Notes under the pieces: generated by a model
Seen by the model: only the letters and a program-made list of their open reading frames with translations
What the model was told of the DNA's origin: nothing
Database searches by the model: none
Program-made: the position numbers and the translations under genes
NCBI GenBank assembly: GCA_963848295.1
Contig: CAWKDB010000010.1
Location: 320,001 to 384,000 of the forward strand
Length of the DNA: 64,000 nucleotides
Direction: 5' to 3'
Origin: an uncultured delta proteobacterium
Lineage (GTDB): Bacteria; Myxococcota_A; Polyangia; Haliangiales; Haliangiaceae
Shown: one piece after another, positions 40,422 to 50,316 of the stretch
Layout: each line of letters starts with the position of its first letter
Position numbering within the stretch: the first letter of the stretch is position 1

Positions 40422-41516
40422 TCAACGCTCGCAGCCGACCAGGGGGCCGCCGTTCGCGACTCCGATCTCGGCCGACGATCGGCGAATCGAGAGCTCGACC
40501 GCCCCGCCCGTGGTCGACAGCGAGCGCGCGATCACGGCGACCGGGCAGTGCGCAGCGGGAATCGTCAGGTCGGTGACGCCGTCCACGGTCGCATGAGCGA
40601 GCGCCGTGATCGCGGGAAGCGCGGCGCCGGCGAGATACGCGCGCGCGATCGCCTCGGCGTCGTCGCGACACGCGAGCGCGACGTCGATCGGTTCGGCACC
40701 TCCAGCGGCTCGCTCCACGTGGACGGTCATCCCGTTCTGTGCGCGTTGCGGGCCGAGCATCAGCACGCCGCCCGGGTGCAGCTCGAACTCGGTCGTCGAT
40801 GGCTCGATGACGTCGGGTGGCGCGAGCTGGCCCTTGGGCGTGTGACCGACCGTCGTGCGCGCGAGGCCGGTACACAGATCGACCGTGATCGTCAGGCCCT
40901 CGGCGAGCTCCGCCGTGAACTGCGCGGTGCCTTCGCGCTTCGCTTCGCTGACGCCCTCGCGTGCGGGCGAGCGCAACAAGGCAGTCGCGACCCCGCCGAC
41001 CACGGACGACCACGCGCCGCTGTGACCGACGTCGACCCCGCCGATCGGATCGAGCGCGACGACCGGCTCGCGCGATGGCGAGAACCACAGCGAAGCGACG
41101 TGCGTCTTGCCGTCGTAACCGAGATCGAGGACACCGGCGATCGTCGCGTGGGCGTCGAACCGGACGTACTGATGCACCGCGAACGTGCCACCTACCTTGT
41201 GCATCGTCTTGTCGACCCACTGCCAACCACTCCCCGACAGCTTGAACGTCACGTTCATCCCGTCGTGCACGCTCGTGCAGTCGCGGAACCACAACACGCC
41301 GGTCACGACGTCATGGCGACCAGCCGCGCGCAGCGCGTGAAACCGGTCGCGGATCCGATCGCACGCCTTCTGGGTCGCGATCTCGGTGACCAGCATGCGG
41401 ACATCGGCGTCGCCGACCGCGTCGCGTACGGGCGCTGCCACGAGCGCGGGCCCCGCAGCGTGACCGCATCCGATCCCGGCCGACAACAACAACAGCCACG
41501 ATCGGTTCACCCCCAC
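40422..41516 (-). CDS. Hypothetical lipoprotein
   Basis: Signal peptide with lipobox-like GIGC, 364 aa, coding-like bias. Confidence 0.7.
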   Translation of the reverse strand: MGVNRSWLLLLSAGIGCGHAAGPALVAAPVRDAVGDADVRMLVTEIATQKACDRIRDRFHALRAAGRHDVVTGVLWFRDCTSVHDGMNVTFKLSGSGWQWVDKTMHKVGGTFAVHQYVRFDAHATIAGVLDLGYDGKTHVASLWFSPSREPVVALDPIGGVDVGHSGAWSSVVGGVATALLRSPAREGVSEAKREGTAQFTAELAEGLTITVDLCTGLARTTVGHTPKGQLAPPDVIEPSTTEFELHPGGVLMLGPQRAQNGMTVHVERAAGGAEPIDVALACRDDAEAIARAYLAGAALPAITALAHATVDGVTDLTIPAAHCPVAVIARSLSTTGGAVELSIRRSSAEIGVANGGPLVGCER

Positions 41517-41575
41517 AGAGTCTCATCGCCGCGGCGCGAACCGACATGAAGATGTGTTTCAGCAAGCCGAGCGAG

Positions 41576-42238
41576 TCACAACGCGAACAAGCGGACGCCG
41601 AACGATGCGCCCGAGAACCACCCGTCGCGATAGATCACCGGCGCGACGTAGACGCACGCCGCCGAGCTCCGCCCGAGCACACCACCGAACGCGCTGTACT
41701 GCGTGCACGCTTGGAAGTCGGCCGACATCATGTAGAAGTGATCGCGACCGCTGATCGGGGCCTCGCCGTTGTGGAATTCTTCGCTGATCCATTCGATCGC
41801 CGGCACGAGCTGCGCACCGACCAGCCACTTCTGCGTGCGATAGCCGTATCCCGGTGACGGCAGCTCGATCGTCGCGAGCTGGGCACCGGTGAGCATCGGC
41901 TCGCCGGCCGACATCGGCTTGCCGCCGGCGATGCCGGCCTCGAAGCTACCGCCGAGCGAGTAGTACCCGAACCGCCCCATGTGCCCGCCACCGATGTAGG
42001 TGCGAAACCCGATGCCGGCGAACACCTCGGACCGACGTGACGAGACGAGGCCGTTGCCGAGATCGAGGGGCGGCAGCGACGGGATGTCGACCGCGTCGAC
42101 CGACACCACGAGCAGCGATGGACCAGCCATCGCGGGATATGCGCTCGGTGCGGGTAACGGGGTGCCGAGATCATCGGACGGATCGGCCCGACCGACGAGC
42201 GGCGCGGCAACGACGGCAAGCACGACGAGCCGCTTCAT
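41576..42238 (-). CDS. Secreted, possibly outer-membrane beta-barrel hypothetical protein
   Basis: Signal peptide MKRLVVLAVVAAP, alternating beta-strand pattern, C-terminal SFGVRLFAL. Confidence 0.7.
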   Translation of the reverse strand: MKRLVVLAVVAAPLVGRADPSDDLGTPLPAPSAYPAMAGPSLLVVSVDAVDIPSLPPLDLGNGLVSSRRSEVFAGIGFRTYIGGGHMGRFGYYSLGGSFEAGIAGGKPMSAGEPMLTGAQLATIELPSPGYGYRTQKWLVGAQLVPAIEWISEEFHNGEAPISGRDHFYMMSADFQACTQYSAFGGVLGRSSAACVYVAPVIYRDGWFSGASFGVRLFAL

Positions 42239-42328
42239 TGCAGCTCGAGGCTGCCGGTCAGCCTCCCCCTGCTCGGCGTTAAGGCTTCGTTGCCGCGACG
42301 GCGACCACCTTCGCAGCGAGGCGGTGAG

Positions 42329-42940
42329 CTACTTGCAGCTCGCGAACGTCTCGGTCGCACACGTGCAGCCGCTCGAGTCGCACGTGCAGTCCATGCCGTT
42401 GTAGACCGCATCGCAGTCGTTGCGCGCGAGGCACGCAGCCTCGGTCGTCAGCGTCGCGCACGCGGCCTGCGCGACCTCGGGCTGGCAGCTCTCGAACGAC
42501 GGCACGAAGTTCGGCGGCTGGTTGACCGGCCCGGTGTAGAGCGACGTGCAGTTGTCGTGCGCGACGCAGGTCGCTGCGTCGAGCCCGGTGCAGCTGCCTT
42601 CGACCGCACCGCTCGGCGGCGGATCCCAGCAACCCCAGAACACCGGCTTCGAGGCGCTGTCGTCTTGATACGCGGCGTGACAGCTCGGCGTCGCGAGGCA
42701 CGCGGTCTCTCCGAGCGATTCACACGTGCCATAGCACTGCGGCCAGTTCGGTGGCGGCTCGGTTGCGAGATCGTCACACGGGCCGCATGCCTGTTCGCAC
42801 GGCGAGCTGAACGATTCGCACTGGCCGGTGCTCGGATCGCGATACTCGAGCGCGATGCCGGGCGTCGCATAGTCACATGGCGGAGGCGTGGTGTCGGTGC
42901 AGCCGGCGAGCAACGTGATCAGCAAGGCGAGGCTCTTCAT
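42329..42940 (-). CDS. Cys-rich lipoprotein with three internal CxxL-x4/5-C-x5-CxxxY repeats
   Basis: Lipobox LAGC, 23 Cys in 203 aa. Confidence 0.85.
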   Translation of the reverse strand: MKSLALLITLLAGCTDTTPPPCDYATPGIALEYRDPSTGQCESFSSPCEQACGPCDDLATEPPPNWPQCYGTCESLGETACLATPSCHAAYQDDSASKPVFWGCWDPPPSGAVEGSCTGLDAATCVAHDNCTSLYTGPVNQPPNFVPSFESCQPEVAQAACATLTTEAACLARNDCDAVYNGMDCTCDSSGCTCATETFASCK

Positions 42941-42955
42941 AGGCAATGGTTAGTA

Positions 42956-42972
42956 AGCAAGGCTCAGACCAG
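42956..42972 (-). promoter_or_regulatory. Sigma-54 -24/-12 promoter
   Basis: Minus strand CTGGTCTGAGCCTTGCT upstream of ATG 42940. Confidence 0.65.
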
Positions 42973-43114
42973 CCCTAACCATCGACGATCGCCTCGCGCA
43001 TCGTCAGATTCCTGAGGCGCTCGCCGGCCGAAACCCAGGAACCCGAGGCGGTTGGAGCCCCCGGGTAGCACGCGCGTAACATCCGCCGCCCCCGTCTTTT
43101 GTTATGACTCCAAC

Positions 43115-44722
43115 GTGATTCGGCTCGCGATCGGAGCGCTGTGTGTCGCGGCCTGTGCTCGGCACTCGACCGCGACGCTCGACGCGGTGGGCGACGGCTC
43201 GGTCGATGCCGCTGCCGACGCTGGCTCCGGCGAGGTCTCGACGCTGACCGCGCAGACCGCACCGAACACCTCGGCAAGCCCGTTGTTCGCCGACGACTAT
43301 CGCAACTACAACGCGAGCGCTCAGACCGGCAACGGCAACGGCGACCTCGTCCCACGTGCGATCTCGACGGTGCCGCTGACGACGGTCGCGCGCCAGCTCT
43401 ACGTCGAGACCCAGACCTGGTTCTGCCATCTCGCGGCGAACGAAGCCGGCGCCCGGCTCGCTCCGAACGCGCGCTGCGGCTCGCACATCGACGTCGGCTA
43501 CAACGCGGACGATCCCGCGCACGTCCAGCGCGCGATCGCGGATCTGGAGGGCCGCGGCGTCGCCGGCATGATCATGGACTGGCCCGGCAAGGACTCGAGC
43601 CACGACGCCAACGCGGCGTTTTACCCGACCGCGACGAGCAGCGACGAGATCCACGCGCGCGCATCGAACGAGATCGGCACGAACGCGATCTACGCGGTGG
43701 CGGCGGCCGCAGATCCCACGACGTTCCACTTCGCGGTGATGGAAGACGAAGGCATCACGAACTGCCGCAACGGCTGGTCGGGTGGATGCGCGTGCTGGCC
43801 GGCCTACGGCGCGACGTGCAACGAGACGAGCCAGGTGATCAGCGACCTGTCCTACATCCGCGACCATTGGGCGCAATCGCCGGCTTATCTGCGCATCGCC
43901 GATCAGCCGGTCGTGTTGTTCTTCGCACCCGACTACAACGCGTGCCCCGACTCGACCAAGACGCCGTGTCAGACGATCGATTGGACCGCGGTCCATCAAC
44001 TCGTCGGCGATCAGCTGTGGATCTTCGAGGGCAAGGGTGGCTACGGCCACGTGTTCTCCGCCGGCGGCTTCAACTGGTTGTCGACGACGCTCTACCCCGG
44101 CTCGGACGCGTCGTCCGGCGACAACGAGGTCGAGGACTACGATGCGTTCGTCACCGCCACGGGCAACGTCGGCGCGAGCCAGCACGTCGTGGCCTCCGCG
44201 TTCAAAGGCTTCGACGACGCGGTCACCGACGGCTGGAACTACGGCGACGGCTCGCACACGCGCTACATCGATCAGCGCTGCGGCCAGACCTGGCTCGCGA
44301 CCCTGGCGCAGGTCGCCCGTGACTTCGCGCAAGGCGTCGAGGTCCTGCAGCTCGTGACCTGGGACGACTACGAAGAGGCCACCGAGCTCGAGACCGGCAT
44401 CGACGCGTGCGTCACCGCGATCGCGGCTCGGGTGTCGGCCGGCCAGCTCACGTGGTCGGTGACCTACGGCGAAGATCTCACCGGCGCGACGAGCGGGAGC
44501 GAGGCTACGATCGATCACTTCGCGATCTGGGCGTCGCCGGACGGCGAGCAGCTCGTCCGGGTCGGGCCCGACCTCGGGCGCGACGCGAACGGCGACCTGC
44601 CCCACGCGCTCGATCTCGGCCGCTATCGGCCACCGCCGGCTGCGACGATGCTGTTCGTGCAAGCGATCGGCAAGCCGTTCCTGACCAACGCGATGTCGCC
44701 GGCGATTCCGCTGACGCCGTGA
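43115..44722 (+). CDS. Glycoside hydrolase GH71/GH99-like lipoprotein
   Basis: Lipobox VAAC, GYNADDPAHVQRAIADLEGRGVAGMIMDWPG, YLRIADQPVV, QLVTWDDYEEATELETG. Confidence 0.65.
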   Translation: MIRLAIGALCVAACARHSTATLDAVGDGSVDAAADAGSGEVSTLTAQTAPNTSASPLFADDYRNYNASAQTGNGNGDLVPRAISTVPLTTVARQLYVETQTWFCHLAANEAGARLAPNARCGSHIDVGYNADDPAHVQRAIADLEGRGVAGMIMDWPGKDSSHDANAAFYPTATSSDEIHARASNEIGTNAIYAVAAAADPTTFHFAVMEDEGITNCRNGWSGGCACWPAYGATCNETSQVISDLSYIRDHWAQSPAYLRIADQPVVLFFAPDYNACPDSTKTPCQTIDWTAVHQLVGDQLWIFEGKGGYGHVFSAGGFNWLSTTLYPGSDASSGDNEVEDYDAFVTATGNVGASQHVVASAFKGFDDAVTDGWNYGDGSHTRYIDQRCGQTWLATLAQVARDFAQGVEVLQLVTWDDYEEATELETGIDACVTAIAARVSAGQLTWSVTYGEDLTGATSGSEATIDHFAIWASPDGEQLVRVGPDLGRDANGDLPHALDLGRYRPPPAATMLFVQAIGKPFLTNAMSPAIPLTP

Positions 44723-44767
44723 CACCCGCGCAATCGAGTCGCCACACGAACCGTGTAGCCTAGGCTC

Positions 44768-46048
44768 GTGGCCGAGCCTTCCCCACACCGCCTCACGCGG
44801 TGGCTATCGCGCGCTTCGCCCGGCTTGTTCGCCGCCTATGCCGTGGCGATGGCGTTCTCGACGTACTTCGCGATGTATGCGTTTCGCCGGCCGTTCGCCG
44901 CCGCTTACTACGAGGGGTCGACGTTCGCCGGAATCGATCTGAAGAGCGCGCTGATCATCAGCCAGCTCGTCGGTTATGCGCTGTCGAAGTTCATCGGGAT
45001 CAAGTTCAACTCGGAGATGCCGCCGCGCCGCCGCGCGTGGGCGCTCGTCGTGTTGATCCTGTGGGCCGAGCTCGCGCTGCTCGCGTTCGCCGTATTGCCT
45101 CCGAGCGGCAAGGTGTTCGCGCTGTTCGCGAATGGCATCCCGCTCGGCATGGTCTGGGGCATCGTCTTCAGCTTTCTCGAAGGCCGCCGGACCTCGGAGA
45201 TCCTCGGGGCCGGGCTCAGTTGTGCGTACGTCGTCGCGAGCGGTGCGGTCAAATCGGTCGGCCGGCTGCTGCTCGACACCGGGATCAGCGAGTCGTGGAT
45301 GCCGTCGGTGACCGGCGCGCTCGCGTTGCCGCTGTTTCTTGGCGCGGTCTACGGCCTGAGCAAGTTACCGCCGCCGAGCGCGGAAGACGTCGCGGCGCGG
45401 ACCGAGCGCGAGCCGATGAGTCGCGCCGAGCGCCGCGCCTTCGTGCGCGCCTACTTGCCCGGGTTGGTCACGCTCGTGCTCGCCTATTTCTTGCTCACGG
45501 GGTACCGCGATTTTCGCGACAACTTCGCCGCCGACATCTGGAAGGACCTCGGGCTCGGCGATCGCGCGAGCCTGTTCACGTTGACCGAGATCCCGATCGC
45601 GCTGTCGGTCATGCTCGTGCTCGCGCTGCTCTACCTCGTGAAGAACAACCGGCTCGGGCTGAAGCTGACCTACGTGATCATGGGGGCCGGCGCCGTGCTG
45701 ATCGGCCTGTCCACGCTGTTGTTCGACGCGGGCGCGATCGGGCCGGTCACCTGGATGACCGCGGTCGGGCTCGGTCTCTACCTCGGCTACGTCCCTTACG
45801 GCTGCGTCCTGTTCGACCGAACGATCGCGGGGCTCCGGATCGTGGCGACCGCGGTGTTCCTGATCTACTTCAGCGACGCGATCGCCTACGGCGGCTCGGT
45901 CGGGATCGTGCTGTACAAGACGCTCGGCCAGAGCGCGACGTCGAAGCTGCAGTTCTTCCGGTACCTGTCGTATGTGACGAGCGTCGTATCGATCGTGTGC
46001 CTGGCGACGAGCGGGCGTTACTTTCTCAAGCGAGTGCGTCCCGGGTAA
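44768..46048 (+). CDS. DUF5690-family MFS-like membrane transporter
   Basis: About 12 TMs, YFAMYAFRRPF, GYALSKFIGIK, GMVWGIVFSFLEGRR, RDFRDNF, YLGYVPYGCVLFDR. Confidence 0.8.
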   Translation: MAEPSPHRLTRWLSRASPGLFAAYAVAMAFSTYFAMYAFRRPFAAAYYEGSTFAGIDLKSALIISQLVGYALSKFIGIKFNSEMPPRRRAWALVVLILWAELALLAFAVLPPSGKVFALFANGIPLGMVWGIVFSFLEGRRTSEILGAGLSCAYVVASGAVKSVGRLLLDTGISESWMPSVTGALALPLFLGAVYGLSKLPPPSAEDVAARTEREPMSRAERRAFVRAYLPGLVTLVLAYFLLTGYRDFRDNFAADIWKDLGLGDRASLFTLTEIPIALSVMLVLALLYLVKNNRLGLKLTYVIMGAGAVLIGLSTLLFDAGAIGPVTWMTAVGLGLYLGYVPYGCVLFDRTIAGLRIVATAVFLIYFSDAIAYGGSVGIVLYKTLGQSATSKLQFFRYLSYVTSVVSIVCLATSGRYFLKRVRPG

Positions 46049-46115
46049 CGCGAGTCGTGCTACTCACAGGTTGGTGACAGATTCGTCGCGGCCCGGTAGC
46101 AAAATCACAGCGAGA

Positions 46116-47144
46116 GTGATCTGGTTGGCGACCGCGAGCTTGGTCGTCGCATGCAGCGAGCAGGCACCGCCGTTGACCGATGCGACTTCGTTGCAGTGTC
46201 CATCTCCCGGGGACCTGCCGTTTCGCCTGATCTCCCACGGCTTCCAGAGCTCCGCGAACGAAGCGCTCGTCTCGACCGACACGCGGATCAAAGACGAGGC
46301 CTCGGACTCGTTCGGCAATGCCGACGGCGCGCAGGCCAACGTCTATCTCGTCGACAACCAGGCCCCGGACAACTCGCCGATCGATTATCACGGCGCGAAG
46401 GCGCGCACGATGCCGACGCAGGGCGTGTTCTCGTCGCCGTTGCCCGGCGAGAACGTGAGCCTGTGGTTCTACGACGCCGATCAGACGGCCTGGCAGACCG
46501 TCGGTCGCGGCCAGACCGGATCCGACGGCTACTACGATCTCCCCGACACCGGCTTCGTCGCGCCGAACGGCCAGCCGATCTATTCGATGCTCGAGGCGGA
46601 TGGCACGTGCGCCACTCACTACGACTACTTGATGCCGGGTGGATCGAAGTTCGTCGTCGTCGACATCGACGGCACGTTGACGACGAGCGACGCCGAGCTG
46701 ATCACGCAGGTCACCGACGAGACCTACGTGCCGATGATGATGACCGCGGCGAACACGATGGCGCAGGCGTGGGCGGCGAAGGGCTATCCGATCGTCTACC
46801 TGACCGCGCGCGAGCACGTGTTCGACACCGAGACCCGGATCTGGCTCGACATGATGCAGTTCCCGAAGGGCCCGGTCATCACGTCGAACGGCAGCGGCTC
46901 GACCGCGGACGTCTACAAGACGATGTGGCTCCAGCGCATGATCACGAGCTTCGGCTGGGTGCCGTACGCGGCGTATGGCAACGCGGCCACCGATATCACG
47001 GCCTATGCGAACGCGAGCATCCCGCTCGATCACACGTTCATCATCGGACCCGAAGGCGGCATGGGCGGCACCGTCGCGATCCCGAACGACGACTACACGC
47101 AGCACATCGCGACGTTCATCGCCGCGCAGCCCGACAACAACTGA
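46116..47144 (+). CDS. LNS2 (lipin/Nir2-type) HAD-like domain lipoprotein
   Basis: Lipobox-like VVAC, VVVDIDGTLTTSD, GYPIVYLTAR, AAYGNAATDITAY. Confidence 0.8.
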   Translation: MIWLATASLVVACSEQAPPLTDATSLQCPSPGDLPFRLISHGFQSSANEALVSTDTRIKDEASDSFGNADGAQANVYLVDNQAPDNSPIDYHGAKARTMPTQGVFSSPLPGENVSLWFYDADQTAWQTVGRGQTGSDGYYDLPDTGFVAPNGQPIYSMLEADGTCATHYDYLMPGGSKFVVVDIDGTLTTSDAELITQVTDETYVPMMMTAANTMAQAWAAKGYPIVYLTAREHVFDTETRIWLDMMQFPKGPVITSNGSGSTADVYKTMWLQRMITSFGWVPYAAYGNAATDITAYANASIPLDHTFIIGPEGGMGGTVAIPNDDYTQHIATFIAAQPDNN

Positions 47145-47162
47145 TCGAGCTCGAACGCCAGC

Positions 47163-47948
47163 TCAGGGCGTGCCGCACGGGCGCGAGTCGACGTCGTCGG
47201 CTTTGCCGTAATCGTTGCCATTCGAGCACACGAAGAAGTCGCGGCGACAATCGCCGCTGCTGCACATCTCGAAGCGCTCGTGGCACTCGTGACACAGCCG
47301 CTTCTCGTCGTCGACCTTCGCCTGCGCGGCGAGGTGCTCTTGCGCGACCTCGGTCTCGTGCGCTTCGCGACCTTGCTTGACCTCGAGCGCACGACGCGCG
47401 ACCCGCGCGCCACGGGTCTCGACCGACGAGCCGACGACCACGGCATATTCGAGCAGCTCGCCGTTGACCATCGCGCCCGATCGCGGCACCGAGCCGAACG
47501 TCAGCGTCGCGCCGCCGGTCTTGTCTGCACACACGTCGATGCTGCCGTCGCTGCCCGAGAACCGTCGTTGAAATCCGCCGAGGCTCGCGTCGGTGCCGTT
47601 GTCAAACGACACCCCGAAGCTGAGTGCGGCGTCGAACGACCACGCAACCCCGATGTGATAGCAGTGTCCCGCGGCCATATCGATGTGCCGTGTCGCCACG
47701 ACGCCTCGCTCGGCCACGCGCATCGGGGGGGCGAACGCGGCGGCGCCGGCGAGCTTCGCGAGATCGTGCGCGCGGCCCTCGGCCGCGGTCCACTGCGCTT
47801 CGGTCGCGGGTGCGTGACTGGGCCCCGAAGACGAGGTCGCGACTCCGGCACCCGGGGTGGAGAACATGGCCATCGGGCTACATGCGGCGAATGCGGCGAC
47901 AACGCTGCCCGCCGCAGCAACGAGAATCGAACGAGCGACGATTTTCAT
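47163..47948 (-). CDS. Hypothetical lipoprotein with Cys-rich C-terminus
   Basis: Lipobox FAAC, C-terminal CHECHERFEMCSSGDC..C..C. Confidence 0.7.
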   Translation of the reverse strand: MKIVARSILVAAAGSVVAAFAACSPMAMFSTPGAGVATSSSGPSHAPATEAQWTAAEGRAHDLAKLAGAAAFAPPMRVAERGVVATRHIDMAAGHCYHIGVAWSFDAALSFGVSFDNGTDASLGGFQRRFSGSDGSIDVCADKTGGATLTFGSVPRSGAMVNGELLEYAVVVGSSVETRGARVARRALEVKQGREAHETEVAQEHLAAQAKVDDEKRLCHECHERFEMCSSGDCRRDFFVCSNGNDYGKADDVDSRPCGTP

Positions 47949-48043
47949 GCGCGTCCGGACGAGGCGCCGCGCCGAAAGTCTCATCGGTCACCGCACTGTT
48001 ACAATCGGTCCCCGAGAACCGCCGCCGTCAATCGAAGTTGTCG

Positions 48044-48116
<73 letters not shown>

Positions 48117-48228
48117 GGGGGACCGAGAGACTACACAGGCCGATTGCGGCTGGCAACCGCCAGGCGTGAATCACGCGCGGCGCTGATGGGCTCGACGGGG
48201 GCGCGGTGGCACAATGCTCGGTGGGACC

Positions 48229-50316
48229 ATGGCGGGCAACGATGCCACCGATCCGGCACCTCGGCAGACGCCGGTGCCGCTCGAAGGCGATGGCCGCGAG
48301 CTGATCGGGCTCGTCATCGACAATCGCTACAAGCTCGACTCGACCCTGGGTCGCGGCGGCATGGGGCTCGTGTTTCGCGCGACGCACGTCGGGTTGCGCC
48401 GGCAGGTCGCCGTCAAGATCCTGCACCCGTCGCTCGCCGCGTCGCCGGAGGTGCGCAATCGGTTCGAGCGCGAGGCGCTGTCGGTCGGCAAGATCGATCA
48501 TCCGAACTGCGTGTCGACCTACGATGTCGGCCGCCTGCCCGACGGCTCGCTGTATCTCGCGATGGAGCTGCTCGAGGGCCGCGCGTTGTCCGAGGTGCTC
48601 GAGGGCGAGCGCCAGCTCGCGCCGGGTCGCGCGTTGCACATTCTCCGTCACGTGTTGCGCGGGCTCGGCCATATCCATGCCGCGGGCCTGATCCATCGCG
48701 ACATGAAACCCGAGAACATCTTCCTGATCCGCCAGGGCGACGACTACGACTTCGCGAAGATCCTCGACTTCGGCATCGCGAAGCCGATCGACGGCGAGAT
48801 CGACGACGGCGTGCGGCTGACCCAAGCCGGAATGGCGTTCGGGACGCCGATCTACATGGCGCCCGAGCAAGCGCTCGGCAATCCGCTCGATGGCCGCGCC
48901 GATCTCTACGCGGCGTCGATCCTCGCGTACGAGATGTTGTGCGGTCAGCCGCCGTTCTACTCCGACGACAAGCTCGAAGTGATGGCGATGCACACCGGCA
49001 AGCCGGTGCCGCCGATGCGGTCGCGGCTGATCAAGGGCGGCAAGCCGGTGCCGTCGTCGCTCGAGAAGATGATCGCGAAAGGGCTCGCGAAGAAACCGTC
49101 GGATCGCTATCGCGAGGCGGCGGTGTATCTCGCGGCGGTCGAGAGCGCACTCGAGACGCCGGATGGCGGCGTCACCGAGGTCGAGTTCGAGCGCCCCGGC
49201 ACCGGCTCGCAACCGCTGGTGACCGAAGACGGCACGGTGCGGATCACCGGCAGTAGCGAAGTGACCGGCCAAGCGAGCGAGCACATCGGCCAAGCGATCG
49301 AGGATGCGCTCGAAGACGCGCTGGCGAGCGCACCGACGAAGGTCGCGTCGCCCTCGGGGCCCGCGCGGCTCGCCACGCTTGCGGGCCCGGGCGTGGCGCC
49401 GGATCTCGAGGCGCCCGAGGCGCCCGTGGTCGCGCAAGGCTCGGCACGTGGCCGACCGGCGGTCGGCGGCGTCGGCATCGGCCTGCCGTACACCGGCCCG
49501 AGCGGCGAGCCGATCTTCGGGTTGACGCCGGAGCAGCGACTCGCGAGCGCGAAGCCGCGCAAGCGCACCGGCCTCTATGTCGCGATCGGCGCCGCGGTTG
49601 TCGCGATCGCCGCCGGTATCGCGATCGCGATCGTGACGCGGCCGGCCCATCGCAGCAGTCGCTCGGCGCTCGCCGAGTCGGCGAGCGAAGCGCTCGACCG
49701 CGGCGATCCGGCTAAGGCGATCGCGCTGCTCGAGGCGCAGCCGGCCGCGATCGCGCAGGATCGCGACGCCGAGCTCGTGCTCGGTCACGCCCATGCCGCG
49801 CGGCACGAGAGTGCGCCGTCGCTCGCCGCCTATCGCCGGGCGCTCGAGCTCGATCCGCGGCTCGAGGCCGATCCGGCGCTGCGCTCGAACTTGCGCGCGA
49901 TGGCCGCGGATCGCGATCCCGATGTCGTCCGAAATGCGTTCGATCTATGGGTCGGCCATACCCAGGATCCGACCGCGAAGAAGGCGCTGCTCAACGCCGC
50001 GATCAGCGAGGATCTCGATCGCCGCCGCGCGGCTGCGCCGTTGATCGATCGGTACAAGCTCGGCGACTCGGTCGAATGGCTGACCGCGTATAGCTTCGAT
50101 CTCGAGCAAGACGCGACGTGCGAGCTCCGCCAGCAAGCGGTCGCTCGGTTGCGCGCCCTCGGCGATGCGCATGCGGTGCCGGCACTCCAGCGCGCGCTCG
50201 CTCGCCGCGGCAAGTTCGGGGCGTACAAGGGCAAGCCGATCAACACGTGCCTGGCCGAGGATGCGCGCGCGGCGATCGGTTATCTACGCGGCCTGGTCCC
50301 CGCCGGACACCCGTGA
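48229..50316 (+). CDS. Membrane Ser/Thr protein kinase with C-terminal TPR/HEAT-like helical domain
   Basis: LGRGGMGLV, VAVKIL, HRDMKPEN, ILDFGIAK, GTPIYMAPE, TM YVAIGAAVVAIAAGIAIAIV. Alternative start 48214. Confidence 0.95.
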   Translation: MAGNDATDPAPRQTPVPLEGDGRELIGLVIDNRYKLDSTLGRGGMGLVFRATHVGLRRQVAVKILHPSLAASPEVRNRFEREALSVGKIDHPNCVSTYDVGRLPDGSLYLAMELLEGRALSEVLEGERQLAPGRALHILRHVLRGLGHIHAAGLIHRDMKPENIFLIRQGDDYDFAKILDFGIAKPIDGEIDDGVRLTQAGMAFGTPIYMAPEQALGNPLDGRADLYAASILAYEMLCGQPPFYSDDKLEVMAMHTGKPVPPMRSRLIKGGKPVPSSLEKMIAKGLAKKPSDRYREAAVYLAAVESALETPDGGVTEVEFERPGTGSQPLVTEDGTVRITGSSEVTGQASEHIGQAIEDALEDALASAPTKVASPSGPARLATLAGPGVAPDLEAPEAPVVAQGSARGRPAVGGVGIGLPYTGPSGEPIFGLTPEQRLASAKPRKRTGLYVAIGAAVVAIAAGIAIAIVTRPAHRSSRSALAESASEALDRGDPAKAIALLEAQPAAIAQDRDAELVLGHAHAARHESAPSLAAYRRALELDPRLEADPALRSNLRAMAADRDPDVVRNAFDLWVGHTQDPTAKKALLNAAISEDLDRRRAAAPLIDRYKLGDSVEWLTAYSFDLEQDATCELRQQAVARLRALGDAHAVPALQRALARRGKFGAYKGKPINTCLAEDARAAIGYLRGLVPAGHP

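Noticed and set aside
47163..47330. CHECH as a c-type heme-binding CxxCH motif
   Set aside because: It formally matches but sits in a short Cys-rich tail with four more Cys, more like a disulfide knot; not enough support for a cytochrome call.
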